DNA of 58,579 nucleotides, taken from the IMG/VR virus record IMGVR_UViG_3300045988_039851. One strand, written 5' to 3'. This DNA comes from a virus. The translations under genes and the position numbers were made by a program. The notes under the pieces were generated by a model. The model saw only the letters and a list, made by a program, of their open reading frames with translations, did no database searches and was not told the DNA's origin. Positions 26,823 through 35,739 of the stretch are shown in pieces. Each line of letters opens with the position of its first letter. Position 1 is the first letter of the stretch.

Positions 26823-27098
26823 TCACTCAATCGCTTCGTATGTTTTCTCGAAAATGTCAGGTTTACACGGGTAGATTTCGCCATTTACGCCACGAATAAT
26901 ATAATCGCCAGTCCTCGCAACCATAGTTCCTTCAAGCGTTTTAATTTCGCACCACGCAGGTCCATCGTAAAACTTTCCGAAGTCATGCGTGATAATATCA
27001 TTGCTACTTACTGCATCCCAGAACCAATCTTCTCCAACAAGCCCTCGTGCATTGAGCTTGAATGCTTCGATAACAACTGGCTTCTTGCGGTATTTCAT
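26823..27098 (-). CDS. Hypothetical phage protein
   Basis: ATG at 27098 follows AGAGGAG, after the dnaB stop. C-terminal motif [25 protein letters not shown]. Confidence 0.6.
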   Translation of the reverse strand: MKYRKKPVVIEAFKLNARGLVGEDWFWDAVSSNDIITHDFGKFYDGPAWCEIKTLEGTMVARTGDYIIRGVNGEIYPCKPDIFEKTYEAIE

Positions 27099-27114
27099 GT
27101 TTATTCTCCTCTTA

Positions 27115-28338
27115 TTACATCCACACGCATTCTTTGAATTGCTGTGTTTCCATCTGGAACGTGATGTCAAGCGTCCCCACGTTTCCCTCTTTGTTCTTCT
27201 CAAGCGCAAAGTGATAATGCTCTTCTGGTCTCTTTTGCGTTTTTACTTTCTGCGCCAGCAGGATGATTGCATCTGCGTCCTGCTCGATTTGCCCGGATTC
27301 TCGCAAGTCTGCGGCAGTTGGTGGAATGCCCGCTCTTGCGGTCTCTCGATTGAGCTGTGCAAGTGCTACCACCAGCGTTCCTGTGGACTGTGCGAACTCA
27401 TGCAGTGCCATGCTGATCTCCGTGACGGCACTGTATCGGTCTTTCGCTCCGGCTTGATGGATAAGCTGCAAATAGTCGATGAACGCTACTTTGGCTTGCA
27501 TCCTGATGGACTGCGTTCTAATCCACCCTACGCTCTTACCAGCGGCAGAGCGGACGAACAGCGGATATTTTTTGATAGCTGCCAGCCTGTCAAGTTCTTC
27601 AATGCTGACGGTCTTGTTTTTGACCGTGTGCAGCGGTACGCCTAGCTGGTTTGCGATAATACGGGCATAGAGCGTATCTGGGTCTGTCTCTAGGCTGAAA
27701 TACGCCACTTTGCGTCCGTTCTTGGCTATTTCACAGGCAAGTTGCAGGGACAGAGCAGTCTTACCAGCAGACGGTCTGCCGCCGATCACAACGAAGTTTC
27801 CCGGCACAAGATGCAAGTTGTTATCCAGCACTCTAAGCCCTGTGCTGATATACTCCGGCTTATCATCCAGCTTGCGGATGTAGTTGTCTATGCCATCGCA
27901 CATCGGGATGAAATCGCTTCTCTCGTTGTGCAGGTTGATCGCTTCGCCTAGCTGCTCATAGATGCCTGTCAGGTCTGCATATCTGGTCGAACCATCAACG
28001 ATTTTGAATGCAATCTCTCTGGCTCTGGACAACGCTGCCTGTTCCTTGACGATTCCAGCCCACCCAAGCATCATGTCATGGGTGACGTTACGGATGAACT
28101 CTGCACCAAAGGCATCTAGACATTCACCCATTGCTTTCTTGCAGTTATCGTACCGTCCCATGACTTCTACCGGGTTCCATTTGTCGTTGTGTTCCCAATA
28201 ACCAAGAATGGCAGCGAATGTATCATGCAGTTCAGGGCAGAAATCGTCGATTTTAAGGTCTTGCAGCACATCAGCGTATTCCGAAAACGTGAGGACTGCT
28301 CCCAGCAGGATGTATTGGGTCTGATTTTCAATATTCAC
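27115..28338 (-). CDS. dnaB: Replicative DNA helicase (DnaB family)
   Basis: 407 aa with Walker [15 protein letters not shown] and a DnaB-type C-terminal domain (FIDYLQLI.., IILLAQ). Confidence 0.9.
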   Translation of the reverse strand: MNIENQTQYILLGAVLTFSEYADVLQDLKIDDFCPELHDTFAAILGYWEHNDKWNPVEVMGRYDNCKKAMGECLDAFGAEFIRNVTHDMMLGWAGIVKEQAALSRAREIAFKIVDGSTRYADLTGIYEQLGEAINLHNERSDFIPMCDGIDNYIRKLDDKPEYISTGLRVLDNNLHLVPGNFVVIGGRPSAGKTALSLQLACEIAKNGRKVAYFSLETDPDTLYARIIANQLGVPLHTVKNKTVSIEELDRLAAIKKYPLFVRSAAGKSVGWIRTQSIRMQAKVAFIDYLQLIHQAGAKDRYSAVTEISMALHEFAQSTGTLVVALAQLNRETARAGIPPTAADLRESGQIEQDADAIILLAQKVKTQKRPEEHYHFALEKNKEGNVGTLDITFQMETQQFKECVWM

Positions 28339-29003
28339 CGCAGAAAGTCTCCCTCGTCAGGCAATTCAGCCATTGTCTGCTGATAGCCACCATTCCAGTC
28401 CTTCACGTTACGCATCCAGTTCCGTGCAGCGGCTTTCCAGTCCTTCATAGGCGATTTTCCAACCTTCCAGCCATTTGCCGTGAAGTGGTCAACAAACCGC
28501 TCTGCTTCTGATTCCATGTAGCCCTTCTCGGAAAAGTATTCTCTGGCTTGCTCGACAGTCGGTGCTTTGAAGCGTTTTACTTCGTTGGTATTTTTCTTTT
28601 CACATTTTTCTTTTTTATCAAATTCAGATACAGAATCAGATACAGATAAGGCATCGTTTGCATCCATTTGCATATTTTGCATACCAGTGTATGCGTTTGC
28701 ATCATTGGTATGCGTTTGTATGCACTTGCATTTTTCATTCTTCCAACGCTTATTTGCACTTCGTCTGTTTTTCTCGATTCGCTCCTGTCTTTTCTGTGCA
28801 TTCATATCATCAAATGCCTTAACAACTTTCCAGAGCATCCGCATAGCACGGTCGTTGTCGTATGCTGGTTCAAGTCCAGTCTCAACATACTGCGCGTAGT
28901 TGCGGATGAATGCTCCAAATTCCTCGTCTGTAAGCTCATCCATCGCATGAACATGTTCCAACAAAAGAATCATTGATGTTCTCGGCTTGTGTTCCTGCTC
29001 CAT
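28335..29003 (-). CDS. Replication initiator / replisome-organizer-like protein
   Basis: Lies directly upstream of dnaB with a 4-nt overlap. C-terminal motif FKAPTVEQAREYF..FVDHFTANGWKVGKSPMKDWKAAARNW. Contains an internal repeat array. Confidence 0.55.
   Translation of the reverse strand: MEQEHKPRTSMILLLEHVHAMDELTDEEFGAFIRNYAQYVETGLEPAYDNDRAMRMLWKVVKAFDDMNAQKRQERIEKNRRSANKRWKNEKCKCIQTHTNDANAYTGMQNMQMDANDALSVSDSVSEFDKKEKCEKKNTNEVKRFKAPTVEQAREYFSEKGYMESEAERFVDHFTANGWKVGKSPMKDWKAAARNWMRNVKDWNGGYQQTMAELPDEGDFLR
28658..28731 (+). repeat. Phased TTGCAT/TTGTAT boxes inside the replication gene (candidate origin)
   Basis: Boxes start at 28658, 28668, 28677, 28697, 28716 and 28726 (spacings 10, 9, 20, 19, 10). 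The tandem CAGATACAGA x2 lies just upstream. Confidence 0.6.
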
Positions 29004-29005
29004 AT

Positions 29006-29236
29006 TCAGTCCTCTTTGTAGCGTTTGTTCCATGCTTCGATAAGGTCGGCTTTAATTCTTTCTTTATCCTTTTCGGAGCAATCAAACCAATACTCCCCAC
29101 TTTCCATAAAAACACGGCAAGTGCATTTGTTTTCTCCGTGCGCTCTCGAAATAAACATCCATTTCTTTACATCAGTCCCTGTTTCCGCAATAGCCACTTT
29201 CCCACCGCAGAACGGGCATCTCTTGAGTTCTGTCAT
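29006..29236 (-). CDS. Lar-family-like restriction alleviation protein
   Basis: 76 aa with an N-terminal LKRCPFCGGK zinc-ribbon motif (family recalled from memory). Confidence 0.5.
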   Translation of the reverse strand: MTELKRCPFCGGKVAIAETGTDVKKWMFISRAHGENKCTCRVFMESGEYWFDCSEKDKERIKADLIEAWNKRYKED

Positions 29237-29409
29237 TTTCTAAATCCCTCTCTCGTTCTCGTGATTCGCTTATGCACCTTTACAGGCCTTGCGCCTTTGC
29301 CGTAAGCTGGGCGAATATGCTTCGTCTTGATATACCCACAAGGCGGTTTCGGCCCGAAATCAAAAAAGCTCAAGTCCATTACGATGATGCCAAACTTCTT
29401 GTTTGTCAT
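29233..29409 (-). CDS. Hypothetical protein
   Basis: ATG at 29409 follows AGGAGGG. Confidence 0.5.
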   Translation of the reverse strand: MTNKKFGIIVMDLSFFDFGPKPPCGYIKTKHIRPAYGKGARPVKVHKRITRTREGFRK

Positions 29410-29420
29410 GTTTAGCCCTC

Positions 29421-29654
29421 CTATACCATCGGAAACGCCATCCAATGCGTCACCGTCACATCTTTCGGCAGTCTCTCGCCTATCTCATCCCAGAACTGAC
29501 CGTCTGCATAACAGCCAAGAAAGTATGATGTCGGCGAAAACCCTTGCAATATTTTTCCATCTTTATCACGCCACGTTGTCTTAGTCGCAAGCAACAAAGG
29601 CTGCGTCCGCTCTCGTGGCGGTTCGCTTGCCGGATGCCAAAGCGTGTTGCTCAT
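29421..29654 (-). CDS. DUF551-like protein
   Basis: 77 aa with WHPASEPP and a C-terminal VTHWMAFP motif. Confidence 0.55.
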   Translation of the reverse strand: MSNTLWHPASEPPRERTQPLLLATKTTWRDKDGKILQGFSPTSYFLGCYADGQFWDEIGERLPKDVTVTHWMAFPMV

Positions 29655-29941
29655 GACCTATTCTCCATCAAAGAACCACAGTTCGGGCAGTAGTTGTAGC
29701 GGTCTCGGTTGTTTCTCGCATGACAATTACTGCACATGAACCTCGTCTTATCTTCGTCTTGCACAATCCATTCAGCGGTACGCTCTAAGGGTGTCGGGGC
29801 ATCTTCCACAACGTCAATGGCATCGCCAATACCGCAAGCACGGCATCTAACTCCATTGTAGTTCTCGCAGCCATCGCAATATGCTTTCTTGATTCTCTCA
29901 ATAAGTGCGTTTCGTTCAAGGTATTCTGGATAATTAGCCAT
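29651..29941 (-). CDS. Cys-rich hypothetical protein
   Basis: 96 aa with several CxxC pairs. Confidence 0.55.
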   Translation of the reverse strand: MANYPEYLERNALIERIKKAYCDGCENYNGVRCRACGIGDAIDVVEDAPTPLERTAEWIVQDEDKTRFMCSNCHARNNRDRYNYCPNCGSLMENRS

Positions 29942-30113
29942 TGCCTTTCACCTCGATTGTTGGCGCGGTGTCGATGTAATCAAGCACATCGTCTAACGAC
30001 AAACCACCTATTGTTCCATCGTTATACTCCTGAATCCACGCCTCGATGTTTTGACGTAGTTCATTAGCATCAATCGGTCTGACTTCCACTGCCCTTTCTC
30101 CTTTCAATCTCAT
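29934..30113 (-). CDS. Hypothetical protein (start uncertain)
   Basis: In-frame ATG at 30113 of track ORF 29934-30218. It overlaps the upstream gene. Confidence 0.4.
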   Translation of the reverse strand: MRLKGERAVEVRPIDANELRQNIEAWIQEYNDGTIGGLSLDDVLDYIDTAPTIEVKGNG

Positions 30114-30561
30114 TGCAGACCGCCTTATAAAACACATCCCACGTCTCATAGTCACAGGAATCGCCAAAGTCGAACCCTGTCCGTTTTCGTTCTGCAATGT
30201 CGCGTTCAAAGCAGTCAAGCGTCTTGTCCGTTAGTTTCGGCAGGAGCGGTGTGATGTATCTGCATACAAGGCTAGGCATATATGAGCGTCTTCCAAAGCA
30301 GTAGCGGACAGCGCAGTTGCAGACCGCCCCGAAATCGTCATTGGTGGGGTCAATCAGATTTTTAGGTTCGTCATCTTGCAAGTCGGATATGGTGCAGTCA
30401 AGGACGGTTGCGATTCTGAAAAGCCACCTCTCTTTACATTTGCGTTTCCCGCACTCAATAGCCGATATGAAAGCGGCTGTTACACCGATTCTGTTCGCAA
30501 GGTCTTTCTGCTTGACGTGCAGTTCAAGCCTACGCTTCCTGATTTTCTCCCCTGCTGTCAT
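30070..30561 (-). CDS. XRE-family HTH protein with Cys-rich C-terminal domain
   Basis: N-terminus KIRKRRLELHVKQKDLANRIGVTAAFISAIECGKR. Confidence 0.7.
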   Translation of the reverse strand: MTAGEKIRKRRLELHVKQKDLANRIGVTAAFISAIECGKRKCKERWLFRIATVLDCTISDLQDDEPKNLIDPTNDDFGAVCNCAVRYCFGRRSYMPSLVCRYITPLLPKLTDKTLDCFERDIAERKRTGFDFGDSCDYETWDVFYKAVCNEIERRKGSGSQTD

Positions 30562-30563
30562 TT

Positions 30564-30788
30564 TTATACCCCAGCCTTGTACATCGTATATAAGATCACA
30601 AACCCAATCAAAAAAATAAAAATGTGGAGAATTGCATTCGCAAGAACCTTTATCTTTTCATCGGAAATTTCGTTCAACAATATATCCCATATCAAAATTT
30701 TTTCAATGAGATATGCCACCTCACATATAAATGTTCCAACCAGAAAAGAAGCTAAAACCACAATTAACGCATTTCCAAGATTACTCAT
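30564..30788 (-). CDS. Small membrane protein
   Basis: ATG at 30788 (ATGA overlap with the upstream stop, RBS GGAGAGG); two hydrophobic helices. Confidence 0.5.
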   Translation of the reverse strand: MSNLGNALIVVLASFLVGTFICEVAYLIEKILIWDILLNEISDEKIKVLANAILHIFIFLIGFVILYTMYKAGV

Positions 30789-31035
30789 TCTCTTTCCTCT
30801 CCCATTCCTTGCATCCACGTTCGTCCCACACGAAGTCTGCAACGTGTTCTGACTGGTCATTCACGCATACGCCCTCCGGCTCTACGTACCATTTGCAAGA
30901 ACCGCAGGATGGCTCGGATTTGTTCTCACAGGATTCTGCTGTGCATCGGACAGTTTTGCCAGCGGAGAATTGTTTGATGCCCATGCAAGAGCAATGTTCG
31001 GTGGTGCAGTAGAAGTTCATTCGTACTTCCTCCAT
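30781..31035 (-). CDS. Cys-rich hypothetical protein
   Basis: 84 aa in the operon. Confidence 0.5.
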   Translation of the reverse strand: MEEVRMNFYCTTEHCSCMGIKQFSAGKTVRCTAESCENKSEPSCGSCKWYVEPEGVCVNDQSEHVADFVWDERGCKEWERKENE

Positions 31036-31238
31036 CCAATAAAGTCACACAAGCCTATTGTCTGCGGGTCGCATTTATGTGTGAATTTTACGCTCGGTAA
31101 ATTAAACCCTTTTAAGTTATTGCAAACGGTTTCAATGCTAAAAAGTTCGTCAAACGCATTGTCAGGAATTTTCGCATCTTCGGTGCTGTAGATAACCATG
31201 CCGCACTGTTTGCAACGCCATACAGAGCATCTTTTCAT
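31017..31238 (-). CDS. Zinc-finger hypothetical protein
   Basis: 73 aa with CSVWRCKQCG. Confidence 0.5.
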   Translation of the reverse strand: MKRCSVWRCKQCGMVIYSTEDAKIPDNAFDELFSIETVCNNLKGFNLPSVKFTHKCDPQTIGLCDFIGWRKYE

Positions 31239-31438
31239 CTTTTCTGCCCTCTCTTTCCCCTGTTGAACCGCCCGATCACTCGCTTATACTCTGCATAGCA
31301 CTCCGGGCACAGGTCGCCTGTGTCCCTGCGCCATGCCCAGTCCTTAAAGTATTCGTCAGGGTTCATCATCCTGCCGCCCAGAACCGCTCCGCAGCGGTCA
31401 CATACTCGCTTGTGGTAGATTCCTCTGTCAGTTTGCAT
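31235..31438 (-). CDS. Zinc-finger hypothetical protein
   Basis: 67 aa with CDRCG..CPEC. Confidence 0.5.
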   Translation of the reverse strand: MQTDRGIYHKRVCDRCGAVLGGRMMNPDEYFKDWAWRRDTGDLCPECYAEYKRVIGRFNRGKRGQKR

Positions 31439-31449
31439 TAGTCGTCACC

Positions 31450-31779
31450 TCAAACTCTGTCCATGCAATTAGATTTCGGGCAATCGGAACAATCTCCAGT
31501 GCATTTTACTGCTTTATTCCGATATTCTTCCTTATAATATTCTTCCCAGAATGCCCTTTTCTTTTCACGGTCTCGCAGATATGTGTCGAAGTCTCCACGA
31601 CAACGCCTGTATTCCAAAAATTCCTTTCCCCTTTTTCCAAGAGTTCTATATAAATAGTAGACTTTTGAAATCATATCAAGCGTAAGTTTCAAAAAGAAAC
31701 TAGCAGCAAAGAGCATACCAGTGCATCCAGCGACGCAGAACGATACATCCTTTGCGGTTTCGTAGATATTAGCAAACAT
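31450..31779 (-). CDS. Membrane-anchored Cys-containing hypothetical protein
   Basis: 109 aa with an N-terminal hydrophobic helix. Confidence 0.5.
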   Translation of the reverse strand: MFANIYETAKDVSFCVAGCTGMLFAASFFLKLTLDMISKVYYLYRTLGKRGKEFLEYRRCRGDFDTYLRDREKKRAFWEEYYKEEYRNKAVKCTGDCSDCPKSNCMDRV

Positions 31780-32564
31780 TATTTGTCCTCCCCAACGTCC
31801 TTGAACAGAATTTCTTTGTCAGCTTTCCAGTCTTTGATTTTGCACGGAATGTCCGTGCCGGGAACGGTCTTTTTCAGCCCATCCATCTGCCAGACGTTCC
31901 ATGAGATGATAGCAGCCATGTTGCGAACCTTCCCAGCGTCAGGCTCTATGCCGAACAGCCACTTAAAGTTCTCTCGCCATGTCAGGAGCATATTTGCTCT
32001 TGCAAGCAACAGGCTGTCACCTTGCCACTCATAGCCGTATGTAGTCGTCGCTGCGTCCTCTGCCACATCGTGCCATGTCCAGACATTCCAATCAAACCAG
32101 TTGTTTACACATTTCAGTTTGCGGTCAAACAGCCCTTTCCGTCTTGGCACCGGAATCTTTTTGCCTGTTACCGTGTCGTATCGGTTCACAAGGAATGGCG
32201 CTTCTCCGCAGGTGATTTCAAGAACTGTCGAATGGATGTACTTGATAGGCTCTTTCTTCATATCGGGCATCGCACCGTTTTCTTCGCCTATGTCTATCAT
32301 CTTTTCGCAAACCCAAGAAGGAGTGAAAACCTCTGCTTTTGCTTTGGTTCTTTGCTTCTGCTCATCCAAACGCTTGAGAACTCGTGGCACTGGCGGGCAA
32401 TTCTTGATTTGTTCTAACGTGATTTCATCCGTAAATCCTGCGCCTAGTTCAGACGGTGGCTCTGTCGCCCAGATGATGTTTTTGCCGGTAGTACGGTCTT
32501 TAAGCAAGATAAACAGCACCGCTGAAAGAATCGGGTCGGAGAAGTCAACCAACCGTTGTTTCAT
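31779..32564 (-). CDS. DNA-modification (methyltransferase-like) protein, putative
   Basis: ATG at 32564 follows GAGGTGGTGG. Motifs EVFTPSWVCEKM, LEITCGEAPFLVNRYD and YGYEWQGDSLLLARANM. Confidence 0.4.
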   Translation of the reverse strand: MKQRLVDFSDPILSAVLFILLKDRTTGKNIIWATEPPSELGAGFTDEITLEQIKNCPPVPRVLKRLDEQKQRTKAKAEVFTPSWVCEKMIDIGEENGAMPDMKKEPIKYIHSTVLEITCGEAPFLVNRYDTVTGKKIPVPRRKGLFDRKLKCVNNWFDWNVWTWHDVAEDAATTTYGYEWQGDSLLLARANMLLTWRENFKWLFGIEPDAGKVRNMAAIISWNVWQMDGLKKTVPGTDIPCKIKDWKADKEILFKDVGEDK

Positions 32565-33312
32565 TTTCCACCACCTCTCTGTACTCCACGTCAATTCCTT
32601 TCGGCAAAGCCGTCTGGTACTTCTGGGCGAGTTGTTCTGCGCTCTGAGCATCGCCCAACGGCTGTTCAGGCGGCGCAACGGTGACTTCCACGTTGTCACG
32701 CATACCAAAGTAGTTCTTGGCTCGGAAAATCCACTCTGCCGGGTTCTCCTGACCGTACATACCGTTGTACGCCCACATGGACTGCATTTGCAGAATCAGC
32801 TTCAAGATGTACTTCTGCTGCAAGCTGTCGTCACGGCGTTTGCCCGCCATAATCTGCTTCAGGCTCACCCATTCGATGCCAAGCACCAGTGCAATCCATT
32901 CCACCACAGGGGAGATTCTGGCTTCGATGCAAGCGTCAAAGAAGAAGTCAAGACGTTGCTGCACTTCAATCGGGTTGTTCATGTCCACGCTCGGAAGGTC
33001 GCCAAAATACTTGGCTGCAATCATGCCGATGACCTTCTTGTCCTCTTCATCACCGATTCTCGACTGCAAATCGCCTGTATTCAGCATCTTAGACCTCGTG
33101 ATCGCTAGCTCTTGTTGTTCTTTCACCTTTTTACTCACCTGTGAGCGGATAGATTTCCGCTTGTTAAGCATCTGTTGTTTCTTCTTCTCTCGCTCTTTCT
33201 CACGCTTCGCAGCGGCTTCTTCTTTCGCCTTTTGCGCCCGCTTCTCACGCTTTTTCTTCTCAGCTTCGGTCAGTGGCGGTCTGCCACGACCACGCTTCGG
33301 GGGTGTTGCCAT
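32545..33312 (-). CDS. Terminase small subunit-like protein
   Basis: 255 aa with a basic N-terminus. Pattern FFFDACIEARISPVVEWIALVLGIEWVSLKQI..NPAEWIFRAKNYFGMRD resembles the Terminase_2 family (from memory). Confidence 0.55.
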   Translation of the reverse strand: MATPPKRGRGRPPLTEAEKKKREKRAQKAKEEAAAKREKEREKKKQQMLNKRKSIRSQVSKKVKEQQELAITRSKMLNTGDLQSRIGDEEDKKVIGMIAAKYFGDLPSVDMNNPIEVQQRLDFFFDACIEARISPVVEWIALVLGIEWVSLKQIMAGKRRDDSLQQKYILKLILQMQSMWAYNGMYGQENPAEWIFRAKNYFGMRDNVEVTVAPPEQPLGDAQSAEQLAQKYQTALPKGIDVEYREVVENETTVG

Positions 33313-33315
33313 GTA

Positions 33316-33642
33316 TCAGGCCTCCTTGATGGGTTTCCAAACAGGGTATGCGTATGGATGCTGTGCAACGACATTCCACAACCACTTATATGGATAACCT
33401 ACGCAAGCGGACTTTGTGATCGGCCCAGCAATCGCCATCACATAGCCGTTTTCATCTGCATCTTCTTTCTTAGGTGGTTGCTCGAATGTGCTTCTCCACA
33501 AACCCTCAAACCCGATTTCGCTATAAGAGCAGGTTTCAAAATAATGTGTAGCCATCCCAAGCTCTTGCTCAATATCGTCAAGGATGCTCTTGTCATCCTC
33601 GTCCGCTTCGGTTTCAAGAACAAGGTAAATTCGCTTTTTCAT
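33316..33642 (-). CDS. Hypothetical protein
   Basis: 108-aa ORF in the operon. Confidence 0.55.
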   Translation of the reverse strand: MKKRIYLVLETEADEDDKSILDDIEQELGMATHYFETCSYSEIGFEGLWRSTFEQPPKKEDADENGYVMAIAGPITKSACVGYPYKWLWNVVAQHPYAYPVWKPIKEA

Positions 33643-33646
33643 GCTC

Positions 33647-33811
33647 TCACCTCTTCATCTTTGTTTCGATGCTGTCCAGCTTCCGTGCAATCCACCAGAC
33701 GGAACAGCAGTTGTCCAATTGCCGCCACCAAGCGCACTTTTCTTTCTCGCATACGCACCGACCAAGCGGATTGCTGGTCATCTTCATCGGGCAGTAAAGT
33801 TCGTTGTCCAT
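33647..33811 (-). CDS. Small Cys/Trp-rich protein (54 aa)
   Basis: ATG follows GGAGGG; translated by hand (MDNELYCPMKMTSNPLGRCVCEKEKCAWW..). Below the track cutoff. Confidence 0.5.
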   Translation of the reverse strand: MDNELYCPMKMTSNPLGRCVCEKEKCAWWRQLDNCCSVWWIARKLDSIETKMKR

Positions 33812-33817
33812 GATTTT

Positions 33818-34039
33818 TTAGCCCTCCAACTGGAGATGAGCGTTTACCATCTTGACGGGAAAATACTCATCTATCTGCAAAAAATCGCCGTTTTTCAGGT
33901 TGATGCCGCCAGACAACTTGCTTGTCGAAAGTTCCGCGCTGGCTTTCATGAAAATTTCGCCGCTTATTTCAAACACATCTCCACGTTCCAAACTCCCAAA
34001 ATTGGCTTCGTTTCTCTCAATATCACAAATCTTCATCAT
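33818..34039 (-). CDS. Hypothetical protein
   Basis: ATGA start/stop overlap with the upstream gene at 34036-39. Confidence 0.5.
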   Translation of the reverse strand: MMKICDIERNEANFGSLERGDVFEISGEIFMKASAELSTSKLSGGINLKNGDFLQIDEYFPVKMVNAHLQLEG

Positions 34040-34230
34040 TTCCACCCCATCACAACAGCCGTACAAACGGCCAGACACACGTTAATGAACAGCCAGACGA
34101 GCATTGCCTGACGCTCTTCAAACAGGTTGTCTACCGTGTCTTTGATTGTCCGTTCGGACTGAACTACTACCGCCAGCAGGACTAGGCAGACCAGCCAGCG
34201 AGTTGCAAATTCAAACATTGTTACCTCCAT
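34036..34230 (-). CDS. Small membrane protein
   Basis: 64 aa with two hydrophobic segments. Confidence 0.5.
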   Translation of the reverse strand: MEVTMFEFATRWLVCLVLLAVVVQSERTIKDTVDNLFEERQAMLVWLFINVCLAVCTAVVMGWK

Positions 34231-34487
34231 CTAACATCCTCTATGATGTTTGGATTTTCGTGCGATTGAAACTCATATAGACTGCATATGGTTTTCTTTC
34301 CACAAATCGGACAAATAGGAGTTTCCCCATTATCTGCCATCGCAGTTGCAACGCGTGCATCACACACAGAAATTGCAGTATTGCAGAAGTAACAAGTGAA
34401 TGTTGCTCTTTTAATACGGCAAAACTTTGAATTTATTGAAGTGATTTCCGAAATAGCTTCTACCGAAAATATTGCCATCAGCTCCAC
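34221..34487 (-). CDS. Zinc-finger hypothetical protein
   Basis: 88 aa with CPICG and other Cys pairs. Confidence 0.5.
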   Translation of the reverse strand: MELMAIFSVEAISEITSINSKFCRIKRATFTCYFCNTAISVCDARVATAMADNGETPICPICGKKTICSLYEFQSHENPNIIEDVRWR

Positions 34488-34813
34488 CTTTCTCTCAACT
34501 CTTTTTCGACCTGTTCTGACTTTGCGGTGATGTAATCCGCAAACTCGTCAGGGGTCATGTCCTCTTCTTTGAACTTGCCGACCATCTCCCAGTACCTGTC
34601 ACCAATGCGGATGATTTTCTGCACTTGCTCATCGGTCAGGTCTGCATCACACCGAAGGTTCTGAATCAGTGCGCCCCATGTGGCGGCGATGCCATCCAGA
34701 GCCATGCGGAATCCGTACAACTGGTTCTGTCGTGCGATTTTGCGGAGGTTGGTCGGCTTGACCTGTTTGCCACACAGGGGGCAGTTTCCAAATTTATTCA
34801 CCCGACCGCTCAC
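34478..34813 (-). CDS. Hypothetical protein (GTG start)
   Basis: GTGA overlap with the upstream stop at 34810-13 after GGAGAA. Contains a CPLCG motif. Confidence 0.45.
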   Translation of the reverse strand: MSGRVNKFGNCPLCGKQVKPTNLRKIARQNQLYGFRMALDGIAATWGALIQNLRCDADLTDEQVQKIIRIGDRYWEMVGKFKEEDMTPDEFADYITAKSEQVEKELRERWS

Positions 34814-35016
34814 TTCTGTTCTCCTTTCAGCCAGTCGTTCAGCTTTGCCATGCAAGAGGGGCAAAGGTTGAACTCATATTCTTGTGGACAGCCAATGCTC
34901 CTTACAGTCATTTGAATGTTTGAAAGCATCGTGTAATCTTTCAACTTAAATGTTTCTCCGCATCTATCGCACTTGAATGTCTCTTCCATGTCTTTCCACT
35001 CAAACGGATTGTCCAT
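34810..35016 (-). CDS. Zinc-finger hypothetical protein
   Basis: 68 aa with CDRCG..CPSC. Confidence 0.5.
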   Translation of the reverse strand: MDNPFEWKDMEETFKCDRCGETFKLKDYTMLSNIQMTVRSIGCPQEYEFNLCPSCMAKLNDWLKGEQK

Positions 35017-35533
35017 GCTCTCCCTCCAATCTCTTTAGCAGCTCATCCACGTCATACCGCCAATGGACACGCAGCCTTTTTGCCTTGACCTCTATCCCCT
35101 CTTGTTCTGCCCACTGCCAAGGGATACTCTTCCGGCTCTCGTTGTAGCGGAACGCCAGAACCTTGCTGGCAGGGATTGCAAAGGTACGATTGACCGCTCT
35201 GTAATTGACTATCACATGGGCGGTCTGACCGCTATACCCCATTGCATCCACCATGTCAGTGATGTGCTTTTCCTTACGGTATTTGCATTTTGCCTTGTCG
35301 TACTTTCCGAGCACCTTTTCCAGAGGGATAGAGGGCGTTTCTATGGTTTTCAGCTCAAACAGGTGGCTCATCGGGTATCGGTACACAAGGAAGTCGCAGA
35401 TGTTGTCGATGGAAAAGGACAGGTTCTCGTTGCCGCCGTAGTAGGTGGCAGCACTGTCTTTCAGACGGTAGCACCACGCATCGGATGGAACGGATGCCTT
35501 GAAGTCTGCTTCAAACTGTTTGCCGGTGTTCAT
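35000..35533 (-). CDS. RecU-like Holliday junction resolvase
   Basis: 177 aa with an N-terminal GKQFEADF and a nuclease-like CDFLVYRYPMSHLFELKT motif. Confidence 0.6.
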   Translation of the reverse strand: MNTGKQFEADFKASVPSDAWCYRLKDSAATYYGGNENLSFSIDNICDFLVYRYPMSHLFELKTIETPSIPLEKVLGKYDKAKCKYRKEKHITDMVDAMGYSGQTAHVIVNYRAVNRTFAIPASKVLAFRYNESRKSIPWQWAEQEGIEVKAKRLRVHWRYDVDELLKRLEGEHGQSV

Positions 35534-35721
35534 TCGTTGCCCTCGATTTCTTTGGCTTCTCTGATACGCAGTCGGAGAAGTTCGCTATTTGCATATCGCA
35601 GTTGCCAGCTACCAAACCAGCCTTTGTGAACAAGTTTTCCATCGCAGTAAACAAACTCCTGCTTCATCAATTTATCAAGCGAAATGATGTAAACGCCCGG
35701 CTTATACTTTCTTTTGCTCAT
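35530..35721 (-). CDS. Hypothetical protein
   Basis: 63-aa ORF with a 4-nt overlap. Confidence 0.5.
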   Translation of the reverse strand: MSKRKYKPGVYIISLDKLMKQEFVYCDGKLVHKGWFGSWQLRYANSELLRLRIREAKEIEGNE

Positions 35722-35739
35722 CCTCGTTCACCTCTAAGC

